Assembly (NCBI GenBank): GCA_964057225.1
Contig: OZ059895.1
Coordinates: 16,616,001-16,680,000, forward strand
Source: Auanema rhodensis
Lineage: Eukaryota > Animalia > Nematoda
DNA length: 64,000 bases
Direction of reading: 5' to 3'
The position numbers and the translations under genes were made by a program. The first letter of the stretch is position 1. Every line of letters starts with the position of its first letter. Under the pieces are notes generated by a model. The model did no database searches, was not told the DNA's origin, and saw nothing but the letters and a program-made list of their open reading frames with translations. Positions 24,009 through 36,754 of the stretch are shown piece by piece.

Positions 24009-24137
24009 CTTTTTTTTTAATTAGGTCCCAAAACAATAGCAACAATCTCCAATCGACTTCAACAAACTAATGCCAGTATGTATCCGAATAAAAGAAACAT
24101 CCAAAAACTTAGCATCATACAAGGTGCATGGACATGA
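22543..24137 (+). CDS. Srt-family 7TM chemoreceptor (copy 3)
   Basis: MERLIRYGSISNDPLYDCS start, the same intron positions and motifs as copies 1 and 2, and PPYIYLILNRSIR. Confidence 0.85.
23975..24007. repeat. (AT)n microsatellite in the last Srt intron
   Basis: Direct reading of the sequence. Confidence 0.9.
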
Positions 24138-26060
24138 ATACACTTTTTTCGTTTCTTAAATAATTTTCTCATTTCTCATGTTATTCTAATCATACAATAT
24201 ATATTATGTATTTTTTAATATTTGTATTATTCATTATATAAATTTATAATATAACACACGTTTTTTGTTTTTTTGTTTGTTCATTAAACTTAAATTTATT
24301 AAAAAGTTAATGATATCCATATATGTATATATATTTTTTTTTAAATATTAATAATACTATGTGTATATAATTCTATAATATATATAGTATAATTTAATTA
24401 TATGATGTGGAAAAAAGTCCTTGTTCGCCTGATATTTGGTGAGAAACAACCGATCGTTGAGATTTTAATTTCAAAATGAAAGATCGAACCATTGAATGCT
24501 TGCGTGAAAATTTGCGTGAAGTTGAATCAGAGAGGAGAACAAGTTCAGCATTTTTGTATGCATAATATGTATATATTACATGTATAACTATCATCTGAAG
24601 ATGTACTTTTTCCCAATAACACAGCGTCATAAATTAAAACATTTTTTATTCTTTAAAGAATATTTTTTTGTTTATTTATTTGTACTTTCACTAGTAATAG
24701 TATAAGATGTATGTATGTATGTATGTTTTTTATAATTTTAATAATTTTGTTACCAGTTTTTATGAATGAAAATGAATGAAATAAGGAGAAGAAGAAGACA
24801 TAATCGATAATCGTTGAAGAAGTCACTTCAGATGTAATAAGTCTTGTAAAAGACACGACAGGTTAAATATAGTTTTGAGTTTTTGATTTTACGAAATTTC
24901 CTCCAATAAATTTGAATGGTAATGAAATAACATCATCCAAATATATTAATCTTTTATTTATAAATTATTTTGATCATAAAAGGAAATGTCATTTATTGTC
25001 ATTTAAGGAGTGTTGTTTAAGCTTCTATATTAGAAGAAATGATTGTTAGTCTATCATTGTTATCAGAAAATCTGAAAAAATCGCTTTTGTTTTACACATA
25101 GAAAAATTTTGGAACTTGTGTGCTAAAGATATTGCACACAATTTCGCATAAAAATGATGAAATAAGCTTATTGCAAATAAGCTGACTTAGTCATTAGTTC
25201 GTGTTTTTTGCTGTTCCGTACTATCCATTTCACACTTCCAACCCTCGCTTTCCTCTTGTTTTGTATAAAACTATTGAAAGGGAAGTCTATAATTTCTTTC
25301 TTGTAATGTATGTTTCTTTAGTCATTTTCTCAGTACTTGTTTTGCGAAGTGCCATATTGCTTAGTACATTGAATACCAATCCCCTGTAATTTCAACGTAG
25401 TCCTGAATAACTTACAATCAACCGTATCCAGTAAAATATTTTTAAAACTCACAAAGTATTCCTAGTAACGTTGAAGTAGTAATATCATACTTTAAGATTT
25501 TCTTGGAATATTCACAATTACATTTACATATATAGAACAACTAATGTGAAGAATAAACTGCCCTTTTTTATACTTTTAACAGAATGTCATCAATAGATTA
25601 GTGACAACTTATGCGAGCTTTATAACCAAAATGTTTTTTCTCAAAACTACTATATCCTTATTGGAGAAAGCCCACTGTATATAGCAAGCTGCCATTAACA
25701 GTCGTTACTTAGCTTTTCTTTTTCTGTCATATCATTTATTTACTAAATAAATAAATAAAAAAAAATATATATATATATCTGATGATATAATATAAATTTA
25801 TTTTTGTATCCAAATCAGAGCAATATTTTTAAAAAAAATAGCTGAAATGACATCATAATTGTCATTATACTTGAGTGTAATTCAAGTTGTAAGTTCAAAT
25901 TTTATTATATACTATATGTACTCTGCATTTTTTTCTTTCATCAAGACCAAATGTTTATTCGTTCATATTTGTATTCTTGGATGATTTCTTAATCTACATA
26001 TATACATATACATAATTGTATAGAACATAAATACAGACACAAGTTACTTGTGGTTGTAAC

Positions 26061-27501
26061 ATGGAACGTTTGTTTATTTATGGATCAATCACTAATGATC
26101 CTCTATATAACTGCAGGTAAAAGCTTAATATAAGTTTTTTAATCGATATATTGAATGATTAAGTGCTAGAACTCCGGAAATGATCAAACTATCTACAGCT
26201 ACTCCTAATTTACCGTTTGGGATTGGTCTTCTGGTTTTGGGTACTGTTACAGAAGTCAGTAGTTACAAGTTTTTTTTGCTTATAAATTTATGTTTAGTTT
26301 GTTCTATTTCCCTGCATAAAAGTCATGCTTGAACCTACTAACATTGTCTACCCAGCCTATAAGCTTATGACATCTTTGAGCATTTGTGATGTCTTTTCGG
26401 TCATTGGAACTTGTTGCTTGACTGGTGAATCCAAGATTATACTCACCTTTATATATTTAAGACATATACTAATTCAGGAGCATTATCCATCTTTGGGGTC
26501 TCTTTCTGTGATAGCCCTAATATCATATACATGCTAGGATCTATTACTGGAGGTAAGATCTTCTGACATCATTCTGTTTCAACCTCAACAAACCATTTTA
26601 AAGGTCTATGGATTACATCATCTCTTCTTTCATTAGCATTAATTACAAATCGACTAGTTGCTATAGGAAGTGTGAAGTATGTTTGATCTTTAGTCAATAA
26701 ACATCATCTCTCCGATCTCAGAGGTTCCTTACTCAACTATCTATTCAACGGAAAAAGCACATACTTTCTTATAATCGGTGCTGCTCTTATCGGATCTTAT
26801 TATGCAATGCGACGTCATCCTGTAATCCTTCATATAAACCATTTGGTCCCAATTTGGGATCCATTAATTTACCCAAACTCTCTTCATCTTGTAAGTTATA
26901 GCTTTTTAGTGAAAGCTGCCAGATCATCATTATATATTTCTTTAAGTATTTTGATAATTTCCTTCTGTTCAACAATTGCTTCATCGTTAGTTGTACAGCT
27001 ATACTCTACATCGTATTCTGCTTTAAAATTGCCAATACGGTCAGAAAAAACAAAATCGCATCAAACATACAAACCCAAAAATCACGGGTAATCAGAATAC
27101 ATCTGACATTATGGCTTACAACACAACGATTTCAGTTCTTTGCTCAATGTTCCGTTATTGTGGGCTTTAATTGTACTGCTGCAGCTATGTACATCTTGGC
27201 TAGCATTATCAATTTGCCAATTTTTTTACAAGTGTTCGCGGCTTTATCATATCCATTAACTATAAGTAAGTAAACTAATTAAGAAAGAAATTAACCGTCT
27301 GTCTCTGCAGCTGTACCTGCTTATGCATACTTATTCCTCAACAATACCATACGTAATGGAGTTAAAAAGCTCTTCTGTAAAAACAGTGCTCAACATTCTA
27401 CACATGTTTGTTAGTTTCTTTAATCTTTCTTATATATGTATTCCTTTTCTGAAGACGACGTCAAATCTACGGTGGCCGCTAACATGCGAACAATGGAGTA
27501 G
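26061..27501 (+). CDS. Srt-family 7TM chemoreceptor (copy 4); last-exon frame ambiguous (stop at 27501 or 27526)
   Basis: MERLFIYGSITNDPLYNCSARTP, AYKLM, FCDSPNIIY, ITNRL, FNN, QC and PAYAYLFLNNTIR. Confidence 0.83.
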
Positions 27502-28022
27502 TACCCGTATAGGTGATTACGTTTAACACGTAAATCATAATTAATTTGAAATTAACTTCAATAAGGAGATAATAAGCTATTATTAAACATGACCTATGAA
27601 TGATATATAAATATATTTAAAATATATGATTAATTAAAATTATTATACTATAATAATATGAAATTATGCAAAATATTTAAATTTGGCACGTTTATACTAC
27701 ATAAAAAATCTGCAACTTCAGAGAATAGCGGAAATGAAAACATATACTATTTTAGGAATGTATTCTTTTCCGATTACTGGAACAGAATATCTTGGTACAA
27801 ACAACAAGTTGTAAATCTCATACTGATTAAAAGTTTTTGGTTTTGCTACACGATATTTAACTCAAATGAGAACACAAAAGTACCAAAGGTATAAGCATGA
27901 AACACTCAAAACTTGAAATACTAAGAACTTGTACTAAACGTGATTACATGATTTCTTTCTAGAGTGGAAAAAAATGAAATGAATCATAATAAACTAAAAT
28001 AATACATTAAAAATTAATTGAA

Positions 28023-29530
28023 TTAGAAACCATGACCATTTTTGCTACTATAATATATTACATCAACAGTACTAGTCTTAGAACGTAAGCAGCAAGCTTT
28101 AAAATTGTTGTGGTTCCTATATTCTTCATAAGCTTGATTATAGGCATGTTTTTGTCCAACACATATTCCAATGACACCTTTACGTATAGTATGATTTAGT
28201 AACAAATACGTATATGTTGGCATAGCTAAATATTAAATAAAAGTTTCATCAAATACGTCAAGTTTATACTTAGTGTTAGAGGATAGACGAAAGCAGAAGC
28301 ATATAGAACTATATCTGATAAACATATTATATTTGCGAGAATGTATATGCAAGCAGACAAAAAGTTCAAACCAACAATAATGCTGCATTGAGCAAAAAAC
28401 TTAAAAGATAAGTATTAACAGGTGTTTGATCAAAGTCATGAAGCAACCCTCAGTCGCTGTTTATGCACATGTGAGCTCCTGTTCTCTGTGACCGTATTGG
28501 CAATTTTAAAGCAGAATACGATGTAGAGTATAGCTGTACAACTAACGATGAAGCAATTGTTGAACAGAAGGAAATTATCAAAATACTTAAAGAAATATAT
28601 AATGATGATCTGGCAGCTTTCACTAAAAAGCTATAACTTACAAGATGAAGAGAGTTTGGGTAAATTAATGGATCCCAAATTGGTGTTAGAAGATGAACAT
28701 GAAATATTGTTGGTGGATGAAATATCATAGAGTACAATGCAATACTAATAGCAATAACGATATAAAAATACACATTCTTTCCATCAAATATAAAATGAAG
28801 TTTAGAATTTCTAAATCAAAGACATTTCCAGCCTTTCGAACATTCATACATCGTTTTACCCTGCAGTTATGCCAATAGCAATCAAACGATTAGCAATGAG
28901 TGCAAGAGAAATCTGAGAAGACATAATCCAAAATCCTCAAGATGATCATTATAAAATACTATCGCATGCGCTTGCATGTTAGTGTGTTTCGAATTTATTA
29001 TTCGAATTTTTTAATTGACAAACCTCCAGAAACGATATTAGCTACATAATTCAAATTAGGCCAATCACAGAAAGATGTCCCAGTGACAGATAATGAACCT
29101 GAAAAGTATATGATTAAGTAATATTAACTTTGATTTTATAAAATTAATGAAGTAATGCTACCATATATACAGCAGACGACGATAATTGAAATCATGTCAC
29201 CGATGCTTAAAGCTGCCATAAGCTTATATGCTGAATGAACAAAGTTATGAGGCGCTAGCATAGCTTTGACGCATAGAAAAAGGAAAAACTGAAAAAGGAA
29301 AAACGAGGTATTTGTTATAATGATAATAAATTATACCTCGGTTACTATACCTATAACTAGAAGAAATGTACCATATGGAATATTAGGAGTAGCTGTAGAT
29401 AGTTTGATCATTTCCGGGGTTCTAGCACTTAATCATTCAATATATCAATTAAAAAACTTATATTAAGCTTTTACCTGCAGTTATATAGAGGATCATTAGT
29501 GATTGATCCATAAATAAGCAAACGTTCCAT
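28023..29530 (-). CDS. Srt-family 7TM chemoreceptor (copy 5), convergent with copy 4
   Basis: MERLLIYGSITNDPLYNCSARTP, AYKLM, FCDWPNL, IANRL and PTYTYLLLNHTIR. Confidence 0.83.
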
Positions 29531-30308
29531 TACTATTGATAACACAAGAATAAAAGTGTATTAAGTTGTAACTTTAAAAACACTGTATGTAAATTCAGAA
29601 GAAATATACCAACTACAATTGAGCATAATTTCCAACTACAATTATATTACGAAATTAGAACTATATGTAAACTCAAACGAATACTATTCTTGTTATATAG
29701 GAACCATATGATACACTATAAAAACATATATATTTAAAAAAAAACATGTTATTTGATATAATTCTGATCATTAGTACCCATAACTGTATGTAAGTGCTAG
29801 CTAAGAAAATCAGAATAATAATATTTATCCGATACTTACATTAATCAATAAAAAAGATGAAACATCATCAGAAGGATATAAATATAATACAAAATTAAAT
29901 TATTGGATAGAATATGAATAGTTCAAAGTTATACAACAATTATTCCCAAATATGCTAATTTATTTTTCGTTATTGTAGGTCGACAGGAGTAAACTTATAA
30001 GAATAAATTCACGTAGATTTCACGGGTTTGAACATTATTTTAAAATTTAATTTACAGATAATCGGCTGTTCTCATTTCGAAGTGGAATTTGGAAATGAGG
30101 AATTCAAAACAAATCATACAATTTGAGAATTACGAATTTCGAATTAGAAGAAATGTGTGGAAAGGATAAAAACAGCTTCTCGTCTTATATGTTTAGTAAA
30201 TAGTAATATCTAATTTAATGAAACATAATAATCTAAGATAAACAAATATTTTGTTATGTATTCTTTTATTTAAAATTTTAATATTCATTCATTCATATAA
30301 TTTCATGA

Positions 30309-33300
30309 TTATTTCTGACGATACCAGTTGTCCCAGGATCGACTGCCTAACAGAAAAAAAAGAGAATTAATTTGAGCATTTCCCGAACTAACCTCCCATT
30401 GATTTTTCGCCAAAATCAGATCCGTCATCGAAAAGAGCTCTAGCATTCGGACGCAACGCTTGCGAACCTATGAATCGAATATTCGAAAAATTATATAAAT
30501 TCAAACTGACCACTTGCTGAAATTCCCATAGGCAAATTTCCAATGGAAAATGTTCCGCCATTCATTGGTTGCTGTTTAGTTACTTCAAAAATTAAAATTG
30601 TTTGAATTCAAGAAACAAGCAATCAGAGCTTACCACTTCCTGACATTCCCATAGGCAAATTTCCAACGGTAAGAGTTCCACTCTTTCTATTTTTCTGTCC
30701 ATTTACTTAAAAATTAAAAATGTTTGAATTCAGAAACTTGATGAATCAGTGAAATAAGGAATCAGAACTTACCACTTCCTTGGATTTCCATAGGCAGATT
30801 TCCAATGGAAAATGTTCCGCCATTCATAAGTTGCTGTTCATTTGCTTAAAAATTAAAAATGTTTGATTAAAGGAACTTGATGAATCAGTGAAATAAGGAA
30901 TCAGAACTTACCACTTCCTTGAATTTCGATAGGCAGATTTCCAACGGTAAATGTTCCACTCTTTGTAGAGCCAGATCCTACATATTTAAAGTTAATATCG
31001 AAATATGGATTAGAAGAATTAAAGTTTCTAACTTACCTTTTACTTCTCCTTTAGCGAAAGATTCAGCAATCTGCTTACGTAATTCAGGAGTAACCTCTCC
31101 CATGAAATTTGGAATGTACTGCTGTTCATTTACTTAAAAATTAAAATTGTTTGAATTCAGAAACTTGATGAATCAGTGAAATAAGGAATCAGAACTTACC
31201 ACTTCCTTGGATTTCCATAGGCAGATTTCCAACGGTAAATGTTCCACTCTTTGTAGAGCCAGATCCTACATATTTAAAGTTAATATCGAAATATGGATTA
31301 GAAGAATTAAAAATTCTAACTTACCTTTTACTTCTCCTTTAGCGAAAGATTCAGCAATCTGCTTACGTAATTCAGGAGTAACCTCTCCCATGAAATTTGG
31401 AATGTACTGCTGTTCATTTACTTAAAAATTAAAAATATTTGAATTCAGAAACTTGATGAATCAGTGAAATAAGGAATCAGAACTTACCACTTCCTTGAAT
31501 TTCGATAGGCAGATTTCCAACGGTAAATGTTCCACTCTTTGTAGAGCCAGACCCTACATATTTAAAGTTAATATCGAAATATGGATTAGAAGAATTAAAA
31601 ATTCTAACTTACCTTTTACTTCTCCTTTAGCGAAAGATTCAGCAATCTGCTTACGTAATTCAGGAGTAACCTCTCCCATGAAATTTGGAATGTACTGCTG
31701 TTCATTTACTTAAAAATTAAAATTGTTTGAATTCAGAAACTTGATGAATCAGTGAAATAAGGAATCAGAACTTACCACTTCCTTGAATTTCGATAGGCAG
31801 ATTTCCAACGGTAAATGTTCCACCATTAGTATGATGCTGTCCATTTACTTAAAAATTTAAAATGTTTGAATTCAGAAACTTGATGAATCAGTGAAATAAG
31901 AAATCAGAACTTACCACTTCCTTGGATTTCCATAGGCAGATTTCCAACGGTAAATGTTCCACCATTGATAGGTTGCTGTCCATTTACTTAAAAATTTAAA
32001 ATGTTTGAATTCAGAAACTTGATGAATCAGTGAAATAAGAAATCAGAACTTACCACTTCCTGGAATTCCAATAGGCAGATTTCCAATGTTAGGTCTTCCA
32101 CCATTGGTATGATGCTGTCCATTTACTTAAAAATTAAAAATGTTTGAATTCAGAAACTTGATGAATCAGTGAAATAAGAAATCAGAACTTACCACTTCCT
32201 TGGATTTCCATAGGCAGATTTCCAACGGTAAATGTTCCACCATTGATAGGTTGCTGTCCATTTACTTAAAAATTTAAAATGTTTGAATTCAGAAACTTGA
32301 TGAATCAGTGAAATAAGGAATCAGAACTTACCACTTCCTTGAATTTCCATAGGCAGATTTCCAATGTCAGGTCTTCCACCATTAGTATGATGCTGTCCAT
32401 TTACTTAAAAATTTAAAATATTTGAATTCAGAAACTTGATGAATCAGTGAAATAAGGAATCAGAACTTACCACTTCCTGGAATTCCAATAGGCAGATTTC
32501 CAATGTCAGGTCTTCCACCATTGGTATGATGCTGTCCATTTACTTAAAAATTTAAAATATTTGAATTCAGAAACTTGATGAATCAGTGAAATAAGAAATC
32601 AGAACTTACCACTTCCTTGGATTTCCATAGGCAGATTTCCAACGGTAAATGTTCCACCATTGATAGGTTGCTGTTCATTTGCTTAAAAATTTAAAATGTT
32701 TGAATTCAGAAACTTGATGAATCAGTGAAATAAGGAATCAGAACTTACCACTTCCTGGAATTCCAATAGGCAGATTTCCAATGTCAGGTCTTCCACCATT
32801 GGTATGATGCTGTCCATTTACTTAAAAATTAAAAATGTTGGAATTCAGAAACTTGATGAATCAGTGAAATAAGGAATCAGAACTTACCACTTCCTTGAAT
32901 TTCGATAGGCAGATTTCCAACGGTAAATGTTCCACCATTGATAGGTTGCTGTTCATTTGCTTAAAAATTTAAAATGTTTGAATTCAGAAACTTGATGAAT
33001 CAGTGAAATAAGGAATCAGAACTTACCACTTCCTGGAATTCCAATAGGCAGATTTCCAATGTCAGGTCTTCCACCATTGGTATGATGCTGTCCATTTACT
33101 TAAAAATTAAAAATGTTTGAAATCAGAAACTTGATGAATCAGTGAAATAAGAAATCAGAACTTACCACTTCCTGGAATTCCAATAGGCAGATTTCCAATG
33201 TCAGGTCTTCCACCATTAGTATGATGCTGTCCATTTACTTAAAAATTTAAAATATTTGAATTCAGAAACTTGATGAATCAGTGAAATAAGGAATCAGAAC

Positions 33301-36300
33301 TTACCACTTCCTTGAATTTCCATAGGCAGATTTCCAACGGTAAATGTTCCACCATTGATAGGTTGCTGTTCATTTGCTTAAAAATTTAAAATGTTTGAAT
33401 TCAGAAACTTGATGAATCAGTGAAATAAGGAATCAGAACTTACCACTTCCTGGAATTCCAATAGGCAGATTTCCAATGTCAGGTCTTCCACCATTGGTAT
33501 GATGCTGTCCATTTACTTAAAAATTAAAAATGTTTGAAATCAGAAACTTGATGAATCAGTGAAATAAGGAATCAGAACTTACCACTTCCTTGAATTTCCA
33601 TAGGCAGATTTCCAACGGTAAATGTTCCACCATTGATAGGTTGCTGTCCATTTACTTAAAAATTTAAAATGTTTGAATTCAGAAACTTGATGAATCAGTG
33701 AAATAAGAAATCAGAACTTACCACTTCCTGGAATTCCAATAGGCAGATTTCCAATGTTAGGTCTTCCACCATTGGTATGATGCTGTCCATTTACTTAAAA
33801 ATTAAAAATGTTTGAATTCAGAAACTTGATGAATCAGTGAAATAAGAAATCAGAACTTACCACTTCCTTGAATTTCGATAGGCAGATTTCCAACGGTAAA
33901 TGTTCCACCATTGATAGGTTGCTGTTCATTTGCTTAAAAATTTAAAATGTTTGAATTCAGAAACTTGATGAATCAGTGAAATAAGAAATCAGAACTTACC
34001 ACTTCCTGGAATTCCAATAGGCAGATTTCCAATGTTAGGTCTTCCACCATTGGTATGATGCTGTCCATTTACTTAAAAATTTAAAATTTTTGAATTCAGA
34101 TACTTGATGAATCAGTGAAATAAGAAATCAGAACTTACCACTTCCTGGAATTCCAATAGGCAGATTTCCAATGTCAGGTCTTCCACCATTGGTATGATGC
34201 TGTCCATTTACTTAAAAATTAAAAATGTTGGAATTCAGAAACTTGATGAATCAGTGAAATAAGGAATCAGAACTTACCACTTCCTTGAATTTCCATAGGC
34301 AGATTTCCAACGGTAAATGTTCCTCCATTGATAGGTTGCTGTTCATTTGCTTAAAAATTTAAAATGTTTGAATTCAGAAACTTGATGAATCAGTGAAATA
34401 AGAAATCAGAACTTACCACTTCCTGGAATTCCAATAGGCAGATTTCCAATGTTAGGTCTTCCACCATTGGTATGATGCTGTCCATTTACTTAAAAATTAA
34501 AAATGTTGGAATTCAGAAACTTGATGAATCAGTGAAATAAGGAATCAGAACTTACCACTTCCTTGAATTTCCATAGGCAGATTTCCAACGGTAAATGTTC
34601 CACCATTGGTATGATGCTGTCCATTTACTTAAAAATTAAAAATGTTTGAATTCAGAAACTTGATGAATCAGTGAAATAAGAAATCAGAACTTACCACTTC
34701 CTGGAATTCCGATAGGCAGATTTCCAATGTTAGGTCTTCCACCATCGGTATGATGCTGTCCATTTACTTAAAAATTAAAAATGTTGGAATTCAGAAACTT
34801 GATGAATCAGTGAAATAAGGAATCAGAACTTACCACTTCCTTGAATTTCCATAGGCAGATTTCCAACGGTAAATGTTCCACCATTGGTATGATGCTGTCC
34901 ATTTACTTAAAAATTTAAAATGTTTGAATTCAGAAACTTGATGAATCAGTGAAATACGAAATCAGAACTTACCACTTCCTTGGATTTCCATAGGCAGATT
35001 TCCAACGGTAAATGTTCCACCATTGGTGTGATGCTGTCCATTTACTTAAAAATTAAAAATATTTGAATTCAGAAACTTGAAGAAACGGTGAAATAAGGAA
35101 TCAGAACTTACCACTTCCTTGAATTTCCATAGGCAGATTTCCAACGGTAAATGTTCCACCATTGGTATGATGCTGTCCATTTACTTAAAAATTTAAAATA
35201 TTTGAATTCAGAAACTTGAAGAAACGGTGAAATAAGGAATCAGAACTTACCACTTCCTTGAATTTCCATAGGCAGATTTCCAATGGAAAATGTTCCGCCA
35301 TTCATAAGTTGCTGTTCATTTGCTTAAAAATTAAAAATGTTTGAATTCATGAAACAAGCAATCCGAGATTACCACTTCCTGCTAGTCGTACAGGTAAATT
35401 TCCAACGGTATGAGTTCCACTCTTTCTATTTTGCTGTCCATTTACTTAAAAATTAAAAATGTTTGAATTCAAAAACTTGATGAATCAGAACTTACCACTT
35501 CCTTGAATTTCCATAGGCAGATTTCCAATGGAAAATGTTCCGCCATTCATAAGTTTCTGTTCATTTGCTTAAAAATTTAAAATGTTTGAATTCATGAAAC
35601 AAGCAATCAGTGATTACCACTTCCTGCTAGTCGTACAGGTAAATTTCCAACGGTATGAGTTCCACTCTTTCTATTTTGCTGTCCATTTACTTAAAAATTA
35701 AAAATGTTTGAATTCAAAAACTTGATGAATCAGAACTTACCACTTCCTTGAATTTCCATAGGCAGATTTCCAATGGAAAATGTTCCGCCATTCATAAGTT
35801 GCTGTTCATTTACTTAAAAATGAAAAATGTTTGAATTCATGAAACAAGCAATCCGAGCTTACCACTTCCAGAAATTCCCATAGGCAAATTTCCAACGGTA
35901 AGAGTTCCACTCTTTCTATTTTGCTGTCCATTTACTTAAAAATTAAAAATGTTTGAATTCAAAAACTTGATGAATCAGAGAAATAGAGAATCCGAACTTA
36001 CCACTTCCTTGTAAGTTTATACTTCTAGCCTTTCTTCTAGATCCAAGAAGACTGGCAATAGGGTCTAGAAATATATTATAGAAGCACAGCAACTATTTAT
36101 ACAATACCTCCAGCAAGAGAAGAGAAAGGTGAAACATTAGTAACGGTACCAGACGAGGGATCAGTTCCAAACTCCCATACACCACCAAAAGACGAACCTA
36201 CATATTTAATAATTGCGTAAACTGATAAATTTGTTCAGACCTATGCTGAATCCATTAGGTGAGGAACCATAACCGACTCCACCTCCAAAGTGGCTGTTTG

Positions 36301-36754
36301 AGTATCCATCTTCAGTCTGAACTGAATGGCTGACAGCAGTTCCTGTCCCATCGGTTATAGGAATTGCTGATAGAAAGTCATCGAAAAATGGAAGATGTGG
36401 AACGAATGGAAGATCTGGCATTCCGCCGCCTGTAGCAGAACCCATATTAACGGTGCCAAATGAGTTAGGGATCAAGGGAGTTCCATCAGGTCCGAACTTG
36501 TAGTCGGTAACAGTGGCTTCATAGCTACCTTGACCAGAACTAGGAACTCCAGCATAATTTGTAGTTTCTAAGGATGTAACAGGCAATATACGTCGGTGGT
36601 TATATGAATTGAACGGAATACCATGCTATAATAAGAAAAACTAGTATAATTTAGGACATTAAAAATGTTTAGAATGTTGTCCTAATACAAAAAAATCGAA
36701 ATAACTAACCGTGCATGACAATGCCGATAGCAAAATCAGCGCTTCTGCCTTCAT
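30309..36754 (-). CDS. Large secreted repeat protein (~1,200 aa, ~46 exons) encoded by an exon-intron tandem array
   Basis: Signal-peptide exon MKAEALILLSALSCT|HG, a Gly/Ser/Thr-rich N-terminal region, and an RRKAR site. Then 34 x 72-nt, 3 x 66-nt and 3 x 96-nt phase-1 exons, mostly bounded by TTTTAAG and GTAAG, with no stop codons seen. Ends ...GSRSWDNWYRQK*. TATATAA lies about 30 bp upstream of the ATG. Confidence 0.85.
30500..36010. repeat. Tandem array of 139-bp units (26 regular units from ~31770 to ~35370), three 288-bp units (30908-31770) and ~123-bp units at the edges
   Basis: CTTACCACTTCC recurs every 139 bp (31771, 31910, 32049 ... 35246) and every 288 bp (30908, 31195, 31483). Confidence 0.97.

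Noticed and set aside
24394-25440. Short coding-like patches between Srt copies 3 and 4
   Set aside because: Interrupted by stop codons, with no consistent exon chain or recognisable family.
30919-31713. Three plus-strand 72-aa ORFs (MNFDRQISNGK...)
   Set aside because: They are antisense shadows of the 288-bp exon-intron modules and start at TTG.
30500-36010. CRISPR-like array (constant repeat plus variable spacer) or non-coding satellite
   Set aside because: The context is eukaryotic with no cas genes. The variable parts are homologous to each other and parse as in-frame exons between splice sites.
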